A DNA stretch of 64,000 nt from a virus. Taxonomy: Duplodnaviria > Caudoviricetes. The notes beneath the pieces were generated by a model, which saw nothing but the letters and a program-made list of their open reading frames with translations, made no database searches and was not told the origin of the DNA. The position numbers and the translations under genes were made by a program. Positions 26,106 through 34,823 of this stretch are shown in pieces (within the stretch, counting starts at the first letter, position 1; every line of letters begins with the position of its first letter). The stretch lies in the IMG/VR virus record IMGVR_UViG_3300038549_000009, positions 259 through 64,258 of that record; one strand, given 5' to 3'.

Positions 26106-28447
26106 TAGGCTTTCCCCACAAAGGCAATGAACTGGGTGGCGCCCGCGTCAAACCCACCGACGGTGACTGCGGTCGCATCTATCTGGTAAACCGCGTTACT
26201 GAACTGGTTCGGCGGCTCCAGCGTTGAATCATCATAATACAGATTGCCGTGCTGGGCAAACACTGGCGAGGCGACCTCGACGATGGCGGCGGGCGGGCTC
26301 GCGAGAAAGCCGAACACGAAAACGGTCAGCGGCGTCGACGGCATGAATCCACCCTGCACGGCCTCCGACGGGACTACCATAGCGGCGGAGACGGGCCCGA
26401 CGTTTAGGAGGGCTGCCGCGTGGGGGCTGAAATGCGTCGCTGCATTTGAAAACGGGACGAATAGATTCTGCGACTGCAAAAACCCGTCATCAGCCGAAGA
26501 CCACGGGCCATTGTAATTGCACGAAAGGTAACCGGCCGGGAAAATTCCGGAGGCCGCATCGGCAACCTTTGATCGGGTCTCTTTGAGGGCGGCATAACTT
26601 TGGGTGGCGCCGCCGCCGGATATCGGCTCCGAGAAATCCGTGCCGCTCTGGAATGTGTTATTCCTATAAACGTGCAGCAGCGCCTCGCGCTCATTCAAAA
26701 ATTGAACGATGGTAGTGCGGGCACTGAAAAGCTCTGTCCCAGTGAACCCCGTATTGTAGACGATCGCGGCAGTCTCGAAGCGATGCTCGACCACCGGGCA
26801 GATCGTCACGAGGACGGGGTCAAACGGAGGTGTAGGCCGGGGCACCGTGTAGAAGCAGCTTGGGTCGAGCGAGTAGAGCGTCGGGCCCTCGGTGAACGCC
26901 CCGATATTGAACACCCCGGCGCCATTGTCGTATATGCCGTCAACGGCCGCCTCTTGAACCGTGGTCTTGCGCGTGACGGTCTTTGAGCTGCGCTCGAATA
27001 CGGTAGATATTTTAGGCGACGTGAACCCGGCCGTCACGCGCGTGAATGCCCCGGTATCCTCGAAAGTCCCGCCGTATTCCAAGTGGCCATCCGGCGTTAC
27101 GGAGAACCCGCTGGCACCGACTGAAAGCGCGGGATTGACTGGGTCGGGTAGAAGGTAGCTATTGATCCCTTGGCATGAAAACTCGGCTTCCCCAAAGAAC
27201 TGCCTGCACATGGACGGCGTCCCGAGAAACGAGACACGAAAATTCTGGTTGCACGGACCCAATGTAACCGGCAGGTTGGAGCGCGTGAGTATCCAGCGGG
27301 TGACGATCTCGTCCTCGCCTTCGTAGTAGACATGGACTGGAGCATTCTGGCTGGCGAACGGCATACTGTTGATCTGCGCGGCCGTCAGAAAGCTGCTGTT
27401 GACCCAGTTGTTGCTGCCCGTCGGCGCCCATACCGCACTGAACTCCGGGAATGTGGCGACCTGTTGCAAATCGAGAGTGGTCAACTGTGCAACCGGATTG
27501 TCGTTGATGTCGAGCGAAAACGAGAACTTGAAGCGAGAGCACAGATAATGCGCCGGAAGCGGCGTTGAAGACTCGGAGACGACCACGTTCTGTGCACTCA
27601 CCCCGGATGCGCTGAATGCCCAACCGCAGTCGGCATACCACGGGGAGCCGGACGCATAGGCAGTGCTCACGTCGCCCGACGACATGAGCTGAAGCACGCG
27701 CGGCTTGCCCACCGAGAACGCCCAGCTAAGAGAGAGCGTCGTCTTGAACCCCTCGAGGCTGGGCTGCTCCGCGATCTCGTCAGCGGTGGGAGTGTAGCGC
27801 GTGATAGACCACGAATCGCAGCACTTACCGGTGTTCTCGATCGGCGCCGCGAACACGCCGCTCTGCGATATCTCTATCACCCAGTAGCGGGGCGTCAGGA
27901 CCGCCGGGTTGCCCACCGGCACGTCGAGCCTGAGAATGCCATGCGTCTTCGCGAACGTGTAGCTGAACGGGGCGTCCTTGCCGGCGGCGTGATAACACCC
28001 GACGGCGAGGCGCATCAGCCCGGAGAATCGGCTGGCGCTGAGGCGCGAGGACGCCGCAACGCGAAGCTGCGCCGGGACCTTGTAGCCTTTGGTGCGATCG
28101 GCGGGATCGGGCTCGGGGCGCGGCTGCCCGTCGATCGGGTTGATGCGCTCGACGACGCCGTCATTGTAAGCCGCGTCGTAATTCGGTCCGGTCCGAGTGA
28201 GGAGGAACCCGCGCTTGTCCGTGCACTCGGCTCCGCCGATGACGGTGACGTAATGCTGGTCACCGTGAATGCGCGACTCGGTCGTATAGTCCTGCCCTAC
28301 CTGATACCGCGTTAGATGTGGCACCTCGTAGGGCGGCGACTCGCGATACTCGTCCTCCAGCTTAGACACGCCAAGCGGGAGGTGCGCTCCCGCTACGTCC
28401 GGCTGTCCAAGCAGTTTTATGTGCTTAGGGGTCCGGGGATCACGCAT
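26105..28447 (-). CDS. tail-associated protein (780 aa), lower-GC C-terminal half
   Basis: long coupled ORF within tail module. Confidence 0.6.
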   Translation of the reverse strand: MRDPRTPKHIKLLGQPDVAGAHLPLGVSKLEDEYRESPPYEVPHLTRYQVGQDYTTESRIHGDQHYVTVIGGAECTDKRGFLLTRTGPNYDAAYNDGVVERINPIDGQPRPEPDPADRTKGYKVPAQLRVAASSRLSASRFSGLMRLAVGCYHAAGKDAPFSYTFAKTHGILRLDVPVGNPAVLTPRYWVIEISQSGVFAAPIENTGKCCDSWSITRYTPTADEIAEQPSLEGFKTTLSLSWAFSVGKPRVLQLMSSGDVSTAYASGSPWYADCGWAFSASGVSAQNVVVSESSTPLPAHYLCSRFKFSFSLDINDNPVAQLTTLDLQQVATFPEFSAVWAPTGSNNWVNSSFLTAAQINSMPFASQNAPVHVYYEGEDEIVTRWILTRSNLPVTLGPCNQNFRVSFLGTPSMCRQFFGEAEFSCQGINSYLLPDPVNPALSVGASGFSVTPDGHLEYGGTFEDTGAFTRVTAGFTSPKISTVFERSSKTVTRKTTVQEAAVDGIYDNGAGVFNIGAFTEGPTLYSLDPSCFYTVPRPTPPFDPVLVTICPVVEHRFETAAIVYNTGFTGTELFSARTTIVQFLNEREALLHVYRNNTFQSGTDFSEPISGGGATQSYAALKETRSKVADAASGIFPAGYLSCNYNGPWSSADDGFLQSQNLFVPFSNAATHFSPHAAALLNVGPVSAAMVVPSEAVQGGFMPSTPLTVFVFGFLASPPAAIVEVASPVFAQHGNLYYDDSTLEPPNQFSNAVYQIDATAVTVGGFDAGATQFIAFVGKA

Positions 28448-29015
28448 CCGCCGCTGTCAGCGTGTAGGTAATCAGGATGTCGTCGTTGTTCTGAACCGCG
28501 CGCGAAGACGCGAATCGGCTCGCGGCGAACAACGTGCCGGTGACGCCACCCTTGACGTTGGACGACACGAGGAATGCGCCGAAGATGGTCTTCGTGGCGG
28601 TGCAATCGAACTGCGACGCTGCCGGGTTCGTCATCGACTGCGCAGCCGCCGCACCTTCCACCCACTCGACGCGGTTGGCCTGCGAGTAGGTCGTGTTCTC
28701 GGTCGAGTTCGCGGCGATATTGGCAGCCGTGTCGCCCGCGACCGGCGTGTAGTTGCCCTCGAACAGCCCGATATACCAAGTCGTGATCTGCGCGGTGGCA
28801 TGGAACTCGACGTTGAGGATGTGGTTCAGCCCCTCGTTCACCACGATGTTCTCGTCGTATTGCCACGGTTGCACGAGGCGCCCGCCCCGGCGAACAGCGG
28901 AGCCCCAAAGGCCCTTGACGAACACCTTCGACTTGGGCAGGTAGAGCCCGCTCGCGCCGGCGCGCTCGAAGCGACCGGTCCGAAGTTCCTTGATAAGCGC
29001 TGGATGCAGATTCAT
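28440..29015 (-). CDS. virion structural protein
   Basis: N.VVNEGLNHIL, WYIGL, GAFL, G.LF.A..F pattern. Confidence 0.65.
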   Translation of the reverse strand: MNLHPALIKELRTGRFERAGASGLYLPKSKVFVKGLWGSAVRRGGRLVQPWQYDENIVVNEGLNHILNVEFHATAQITTWYIGLFEGNYTPVAGDTAANIAANSTENTTYSQANRVEWVEGAAAAQSMTNPAASQFDCTATKTIFGAFLVSSNVKGGVTGTLFAASRFASSRAVQNNDDILITYTLTAADA

Positions 29016-29024
29016 TCGTCTCTC

Positions 29025-30344
29025 CTAAGCAGTAACGGGTGTGCGGCGCCGGACCTCAGCCTCCGCGAAATCGCGGGAAACCAAACCTGAACTCGACTGG
29101 CGCCGCATCGTTCCGATGACCTGACGGATGCCGTCGGTCTCGCGATACATCGCGGCACCTTCACCATACATTCCGAGCATTATACGCTCTTTGTCCCCAA
29201 GTTGAACAGACCCGCCGGCCGCGCCTTTGACGAACCCGCGCTCCGAGAACCAGCCTACGACGGCGCCCGTGTCAGCCGCCCGGCGCCCGCTCGCCTGCTC
29301 GGTCTTCGGGAACGTGATGCCGGTGCCCTTGATCGCCCCGTAGGGCAGCACGATCCGGGGCGTGAACTGATCCGGGCCCGCACCGGCGTAGAAGTAGGTC
29401 CGCTCGGTGGTGGCGATGAACAGCCCGTCCACCACGGCCTTGATGACGGCGACATCGTGGTTGAACAGGAGGAAGTTCCGCTGCGGGTTGTGCAGGCCGT
29501 AGCGCAGCGCCTCGGTGAACCACACGACGCGCCCGGACACGCCGTAGACGCGGCCGTTGTAGTGCTCCAGCAGCTCCACCGGCACCATACGGTCGAGGTG
29601 GAGCGTGTTCAACTGCTTGCCCGGCGTCGTGCTGGCCGAGATGTCGAACTGCGTGTTCCCGGAGGCGGGCAGGTCCACATGCTTGTAGAGCAATTCGCCG
29701 TTGACTGGCGACACGTAGAGCCGTAGCGCCGCGAGCGTCGGATACGCCGCCGTGATCGCCGGGAACCCCGTGACGCGGATCGCGCCGGTGGAGGCGAGCG
29801 TGATCGAGACCGGGTCGACAGCGCCCGACTCCTCGCCGGAGTTGTCCACGAACGTCCAGCTCACGCGATAGATGCCCGCCGGCATCGAGCCGGCGATGGC
29901 AGTGAGCACGGGCACCGTGGCCGGGCGCTCGGGCGCCCACTCCTCGCGCTCGTCGTCAGGCGTGATCTTGCCATTCTGCACGCCGTTCGAGAAGTAGGTC
30001 GTGCCATTCACCTCGACGAACGACACCGGGCGGAAGATCATGAGATCGGGATTGCCCACGTCTGCGGTCGACAGGTTGCCGTCGACGGAGGCATGGATGC
30101 GCTTCAACTGTGCGCCGTCCACGTAGAACGCGTTCGTGCGGTCGCGCGCCCACAAGCTGTGCGTCTGCGAGGCCGGCGTGCTGATGACCTGCGTGTAGCC
30201 CTTGCGCCGGGAGACGAGCCCGTTGCGGTCGATGTCGATGTTGACCGCGTTCAGCAGCTCGTCGAGCCCGAGCGTGCGGTCGACGTTGTTGACGCCTTTG
30301 ACGAACGGGCCGTATTTGGCCGTGGACTGAGACTCAGCAGCCAT
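29025..30344 (-). CDS. tail nozzle/stabilisation protein
   Basis: GVNN, A.NIDID..G...RR.G, propeller-like repeats; follows the adaptor. Confidence 0.7.
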   Translation of the reverse strand: MAAESQSTAKYGPFVKGVNNVDRTLGLDELLNAVNIDIDRNGLVSRRKGYTQVISTPASQTHSLWARDRTNAFYVDGAQLKRIHASVDGNLSTADVGNPDLMIFRPVSFVEVNGTTYFSNGVQNGKITPDDEREEWAPERPATVPVLTAIAGSMPAGIYRVSWTFVDNSGEESGAVDPVSITLASTGAIRVTGFPAITAAYPTLAALRLYVSPVNGELLYKHVDLPASGNTQFDISASTTPGKQLNTLHLDRMVPVELLEHYNGRVYGVSGRVVWFTEALRYGLHNPQRNFLLFNHDVAVIKAVVDGLFIATTERTYFYAGAGPDQFTPRIVLPYGAIKGTGITFPKTEQASGRRAADTGAVVGWFSERGFVKGAAGGSVQLGDKERIMLGMYGEGAAMYRETDGIRQVIGTMRRQSSSGLVSRDFAEAEVRRRTPVTA

Positions 30345-31089
30345 CGTCGCCAGCCCATGCGCCGAGCCGGAACGCTGGGGTCGGCGAGTTGATGCGCTTC
30401 ACGGCGTTCTGCGCCCGGCGAATCGAATTGTCAAAATCGTCCAACATGCTACGGCCGATACGGCGCGCCTCGCCCTGCGCCTCTCCGGTATCGTTGTTCG
30501 CCGTGTTCTTCAGCAACCAGCCGGTGACGTAGTCGCATAGGTCGATGTGATACTGCTCGGGAATCTCCGGCGAGCTGTCGGTCGACAGCGTTAGAGGGTT
30601 GAGCGGCAGCCGCGCCACGCGCAGCAGCACGGTAGGCGCCAGCGCGATCGTTGCTGCGTCGGGCTTGCGCCAGAATGTAATTTTGCTCGTCGCTGTGTCG
30701 GTCGCGAAAAGCTGCGGCCGACCGGCGTGCATTTGCAGCGGCGAGTTGGTATCCCAGTGATCCAGCTCCGGCGGCGTGGGCCCGTAAATCTGGTTCCACG
30801 ACCGGCGTCGAAGCGGGCGATCGGTGTCGCTGAGCCGCGCCGACAATACGCCAAGCACGGACGCGTGCAACGCGTAATCGGCTTGGCCGGCGACGAGCGC
30901 GATCTGGACGACCGCCGCCGTAGCATCGTCAGTGATCGTCCACGTCTCGCGCGCCCAAATGCGCTGAGCGGCTATGAGCCGGCGCAGAATCCGCTCTTGA
31001 GACCAGAGCTTGTCGGGGTCACCCGTGACAAGCGAGGATTGGTCATCAAGAGCAGCACGGCATTCTGCGATCAGCTCACTTGTTTTCAT
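30334..31089 (-). CDS. head-tail adaptor
   Basis: LI...R..LDD, LWS, L.AG..Y.L, PEIPEQYH motifs. Confidence 0.7.
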   Translation of the reverse strand: MKTSELIAECRAALDDQSSLVTGDPDKLWSQERILRRLIAAQRIWARETWTITDDATAAVVQIALVAGQADYALHASVLGVLSARLSDTDRPLRRRSWNQIYGPTPPELDHWDTNSPLQMHAGRPQLFATDTATSKITFWRKPDAATIALAPTVLLRVARLPLNPLTLSTDSSPEIPEQYHIDLCDYVTGWLLKNTANNDTGEAQGEARRIGRSMLDDFDNSIRRAQNAVKRINSPTPAFRLGAWAGDDGC

Positions 31090-31090
31090 C

Positions 31091-31549
31091 TCAGCTCGGC
31101 CGAACCTCGGCCTGATAGTCCAGCGCCGGCAGCAGCCGGGTGCCGTTTTCGTCCACTGCGAGCCCGAGCTTGCGGAACGGGAACCGCAGCGAAGTGATGA
31201 AATCCACGCCGCCCACTGTGGACGGGCGGGGCTTCACCACGCCTTCGATCGCGTTGTCGAGGATGTGCACTACTTCCACCGGCACATCAACCTCGTGGCC
31301 ACGCTTGATGTAGTAGCCGCGACCGTTGCAGCCGACGAACACCGGGTCGATCTCCGAGGAACTGCGCTTCTCCTCGATGAAAATGCGCAGCCGCTTCTGC
31401 GACGACGCTCTGGAGATGTTGCTCTCCAGTTCTTCCCGATCCGCCTTTTCCTTCTCCAGCTCGGCGATCCGCGCCAGTGCTGCCTTGAGCGCTTCGCTCT
31501 GATCCGCGCCGCCGAATGCTACCGTTTCCCCACCAGTCACTTCGTCCAT
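31091..31549 (-). CDS. conserved virion-region protein
   Basis: VFVG.NG..Y.IKRG..V.VP..V..IL.NA motif. Confidence 0.65.
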   Translation of the reverse strand: MDEVTGGETVAFGGADQSEALKAALARIAELEKEKADREELESNISRASSQKRLRIFIEEKRSSSEIDPVFVGCNGRGYYIKRGHEVDVPVEVVHILDNAIEGVVKPRPSTVGGVDFITSLRFPFRKLGLAVDENGTRLLPALDYQAEVRPS

Positions 31550-31564
31550 CGTTCCCTCCGTTGG

Positions 31565-31810
31565 TTAATCGTCTTCCTCCACTGCTTCCTTGAACGCCTT
31601 GGAATACTCCCCTTCAGCGCTCTTGGACTTCAGTTCGTCGACCAAGTTCCCCACGGTTGCGAGGAGCTTCGCCTTGTCGTCGAACGCATACTTCATGGGC
31701 GCGGTGTAGGCAACCGGCCCGCCGGGCTTGCTCTCTTTCTCGGGCGGGCTGAACTCGAGTTCCCACCCGTTCGCGATCTTCTCGATCCTGATGCAGCCGT
31801 TGTAGGCCAT
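31565..31810 (-). CDS. hypothetical protein
   Basis: AGGAGG RBS; IEKIANG motif. Confidence 0.6.
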   Translation of the reverse strand: MAYNGCIRIEKIANGWELEFSPPEKESKPGGPVAYTAPMKYAFDDKAKLLATVGNLVDELKSKSAEGEYSKAFKEAVEEDD

Positions 31811-31823
31811 GTCGCCTCCTGTC

Positions 31824-31860
31824 AAAATGGCGGCCGGTTCCGGCAAGATAGCCGGCCGCC
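31824..31860 (-). terminator. intrinsic terminator after the capsid genes
   Basis: GGCGGCCGG...CCGGCCGCC followed by ATTTT. Confidence 0.5.
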
Positions 31861-31892
31861 GGCCGCGTGGTTCTCAGTGGGTCGGGCAGCGC

Positions 31893-32225
31893 TTAGTCGT
31901 GCGCTTCCCACACCACATCGTCGTCATCGGTCTCGAGGCCGGCGACGGAGACATCGACCGTGAAGCCGTTGCCTTCGTCGTTCAGCGCGACACCGCAGTC
32001 CTCGTAAGTCCGGGTGCCGGCGGCAACGGTCTTCAGTTGCGAGCTTGCCGGCGATTCCGCGAACCACTCGGCGCTGACGCGGTCGGTGAGGTTCGTGACC
32101 TTGATCCTGCGCGGCGAGAAGCCGAGCACGATCTCGAAGTCGGCGGCAACGCGGGTTCCCGTGCGGGAGCCGCTGGACGAGTTCTTCACTCCGCCGTCGG
32201 TGAAATGGGTGGTAGCCAGTGCCAT
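31893..32225 (-). CDS. capsid decoration/minor head protein
   Basis: LGF.P..I.V.N.TD motif; directly after capsid gene. Confidence 0.6.
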   Translation of the reverse strand: MALATTHFTDGGVKNSSSGSRTGTRVAADFEIVLGFSPRRIKVTNLTDRVSAEWFAESPASSQLKTVAAGTRTYEDCGVALNDEGNGFTVDVSVAGLETDDDDVVWEAHD

Positions 32226-32289
32226 GATCGTTTCTCCTGTGAGTGTGCGTCGGGCAGGCCGGGGTCACCGGCCCGCCGTCACGCTATGG

Positions 32290-33276
32290 TTAGTTCGTCG
32301 CTGCGACTTCCAGCCGGACCATGAACGCGTCGTTCAGGATCACGGCGTTTTGCATGACCTTCCAGCCCGCCGTCCCGCGCTGGGCGAGCGGGTCGCCTGC
32401 AACGGGCTTCGGGTTGACGATCATGATCGTCGCGGCAGACTTGCCCTTCAGCGGAACGATGCCGTAGGCGTCCTTTGCGAGGATCAGCACCGGATACACG
32501 TCGGCGAGGCCGCCGCCGGAGGTCACCATCGCGCCCGCTGCGCCACCGGCGCTGGCAAAGGCGGTGAAGATGGTGGACCGGAGGTAGCGCACGTCTTCGA
32601 CGGAGCCGATCTCATTCGCCCACGGAGTCGTGGTCCCGTATTGCTTGGTCGGGATGAAACCCGGAATGTTCCGGATATCGTTTTCCACGTCGACGTGACA
32701 GATCGCGATGTAGGCTGCCTCGACCGGCTCGGTCCGGAAGTCCGGGGTGGACTTGACCACGCTGGTGAAAGGCGACGCGTTCTGGCGCTTGAGCGCGCGG
32801 GTGCCCTTGCGCTGGAGCGCGAGGGTGATCGGGGTGTTGACATCGGAGCGCATGGTGCCGTTGGCGTAGAACACGTTCGTGCCCGCCTTGATGACGTTCC
32901 AGCGCACGGTCTCGAGCGTTTGCGCGGCTTGTTCGCCGAGCAGACCCGAGGTTTCCATGAGGTAGGGGTCCTCGTGGGTGTCCAGAATCACGTCGGTGAA
33001 CTCGACGTAATCGCCGAACTGCTCAAGGGTGACCGGCACGTCGGTGACGGTGACCTTTTTGCCCGTGGGCGTGACGCCTTCGACGAGCGGCGTGGTGGCG
33101 AGAGCCAGCGCGTTGTAACGCCGGAAGATCGCGACCTTCGTGCTCTTGGTCGGCAGTTGGTAGACCTGCCCAAACTTCTCGATCACGAGATGGGGCAGAC
33201 CGCGCCGGAGCAACTTCGTGACTGCGTGCGCGGCGGTGCGGGGCGTGATGTCCCCGTATTCGTTGTAGGTGGCCAT
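32290..33276 (-). CDS. major capsid protein, N4-gp56 family
   Basis: YGDI.PRTA, FRRY, L.EGVTP, EIG.V..VR, DPL.QRG..GWK motifs. Confidence 0.92.
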   Translation of the reverse strand: MATYNEYGDITPRTAAHAVTKLLRRGLPHLVIEKFGQVYQLPTKSTKVAIFRRYNALALATTPLVEGVTPTGKKVTVTDVPVTLEQFGDYVEFTDVILDTHEDPYLMETSGLLGEQAAQTLETVRWNVIKAGTNVFYANGTMRSDVNTPITLALQRKGTRALKRQNASPFTSVVKSTPDFRTEPVEAAYIAICHVDVENDIRNIPGFIPTKQYGTTTPWANEIGSVEDVRYLRSTIFTAFASAGGAAGAMVTSGGGLADVYPVLILAKDAYGIVPLKGKSAATIMIVNPKPVAGDPLAQRGTAGWKVMQNAVILNDAFMVRLEVAATN

Positions 33277-33304
33277 GATGGGTTCCTCTTTCCTCGGTTA
33301 AAAG

Positions 33305-33499
33305 TTACAGCGTGAGTTGCTGGGTCGCGAGCGCACCGGTCGAAGCGTAGTCCGTGTCGGTGACGCCTGCATCAGCATCCAGCTTCGTCTGGAGAGCGAC
33401 GAGCTTCGTGCGCAGGTCGGTGATGTCGGCGTAGGCCGCGCGAAGCAATTCCTTCGTCTCGAGGTCCGCGATCGACACCGAAATCTTCTCGATTGCCAT
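33305..33499 (-). CDS. small coiled-coil head protein
   Basis: KLDAD.GV.DT.Y motif; between scaffold and capsid. Confidence 0.6.
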   Translation of the reverse strand: MAIEKISVSIADLETKELLRAAYADITDLRTKLVALQTKLDADAGVTDTDYASTGALATQQLTL

Positions 33500-33516
33500 G
33501 TTACGCTCCCTTCAAA

Positions 33517-34575
33517 TCAATCATCGTTTGCGAGGGCTTCCGCAAAGCCGCTGTCGAAGTCGTTGGGGTCCTTGGAACCAGAGGGTGAGACTTTCGTCGC
33601 CTTGGTCCTGACGGGCTCCAGCGCTGCAACACGACTTGGGTCGGCTGCCGGTTCAGCGGGCTTGCCAGTCGGCTTGCCTGCTGCTGGTGCTGTCCCGCCC
33701 TGCGACTCTGGCGATGGCGAGGAACTTCCTGTTGCGCTCTTGTAGCGACCGACTAGGTCGATCACATCTTGAGCTGAGCCTGTATCATACGCCTGTTTCA
33801 GCGCAGGCTGCAAGTAGGCGGGTTGAGTGTCGATCCATGCCGGAACTTTCTCGATGACGACATCGTAGTCCGGAATGGCCCCACGCAACGTGGCCATGTG
33901 CGAATTATACGAGACTTCGTAGTCCCGTTCAAGTAGCGGATTGACCTGCTGGTTGACGTGCCCGAGGACGTTAGCCAGCGCGGTTATCAGCTTGTTCTGC
34001 GCCTCGTGGTTGACGCGGCGCTGGTAATAATCGAGCACCTTGGCGACCTCGGGATAGTTCTCTTTGACGGCCGCCAAGATCGTCTTGTCCTCCTCCGTCT
34101 CGACGAACTCGGGGAGCTTGAACTCCTCGGGCGCGGGAGCCGCCGGCTCGGCCGCAGGCGCCGGGGCAGCGGCAGCGGGCGCAGCGGCAGCGGGCGCCGG
34201 GGCAGCGGCAGCGGGCGCAGCGGGCGCAGCGGGCGCAGCGGGCGCAGCGGGCGCAGCGGCAGCGGGTGCCGGGGCAGCCGCAGGCGCAGCAGCCGGGGCA
34301 GCCGCAGGAGCGGGCGCAGCGGCGGCAGCGGCGGCAGCATCCGAAGCCGCAGCATCATCCGCCGCATCCTTGTCAGCGGCGGCAGCGGGTGTAACCGGCG
34401 CGGGAGCGGGCGCGGGCTTTTGGTCACCCTTCTCGTCCTCGACATCCAGCCCGGCGAGCGCCTTCGTCCACTCGTCGTCGAACTCAGCCTCCGGAGTTAC
34501 CGGAGCAGCGGGTGCCGCAGCCGGAGCCGCAGCGGGTGCCGGCGCAGCAGCCGGCGTGGTGATCTCGGTCGTCAT
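33517..34575 (-). CDS. scaffolding protein with long Ala/Pro low-complexity tract
   Basis: between portal and capsid; PD, W...QP.Y, G....V..L...YK, acidic FD.GF tail. Confidence 0.75.
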   Translation of the reverse strand: MTTEITTPAAAPAPAAAPAAAPAAPVTPEAEFDDEWTKALAGLDVEDEKGDQKPAPAPAPVTPAAAADKDAADDAAASDAAAAAAAAPAPAAAPAAAPAAAPAPAAAAPAAPAAPAAPAAPAAAAPAPAAAAPAAAAPAPAAEPAAPAPEEFKLPEFVETEEDKTILAAVKENYPEVAKVLDYYQRRVNHEAQNKLITALANVLGHVNQQVNPLLERDYEVSYNSHMATLRGAIPDYDVVIEKVPAWIDTQPAYLQPALKQAYDTGSAQDVIDLVGRYKSATGSSSPSPESQGGTAPAAGKPTGKPAEPAADPSRVAALEPVRTKATKVSPSGSKDPNDFDSGFAEALANDD

Positions 34576-34823
34576 TATCTTCCCCCTTCGATGTTAGCCA
34601 CCGGTGTCGGTGTCTTGATCCACGTCTCGAGCCGATCCAGCGAGGCCCAACCCCCTTGCGGGCGCCCTATGTCAGCGGCCGCGAATGTGCGCAGCTCTTT
34701 GTCGCACTCCGACTTGAACAACGCGATTGCTTCAAGAACGGCTTGCAGCTCCGCCGTTCCCCGATACTGATGCAGTCTTGCCCTCAGCGCCGCCTGCTGC
34801 GCCTTGATTGTCCCCGGTTCCAT
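34575..34823 (-). CDS. hypothetical protein downstream of portal
   Basis: GGAGG RBS; small helical protein. Confidence 0.55.
   Translation of the reverse strand: MEPGTIKAQQAALRARLHQYRGTAELQAVLEAIALFKSECDKELRTFAAADIGRPQGGWASLDRLETWIKTPTPVANIEGGR

Noticed and set aside
33540-33960. A/T-rich third positions in the 3' part of the scaffold gene as another overprinted gene
   Set aside because: Both alternative same-strand frames contain stops; the antisense 73-aa ORF has no convincing start
34130-34560. GCAGCGGGC-type tandem repeats as a non-coding repeat element
   Set aside because: Explained by the Ala/Pro tract of the scaffold protein
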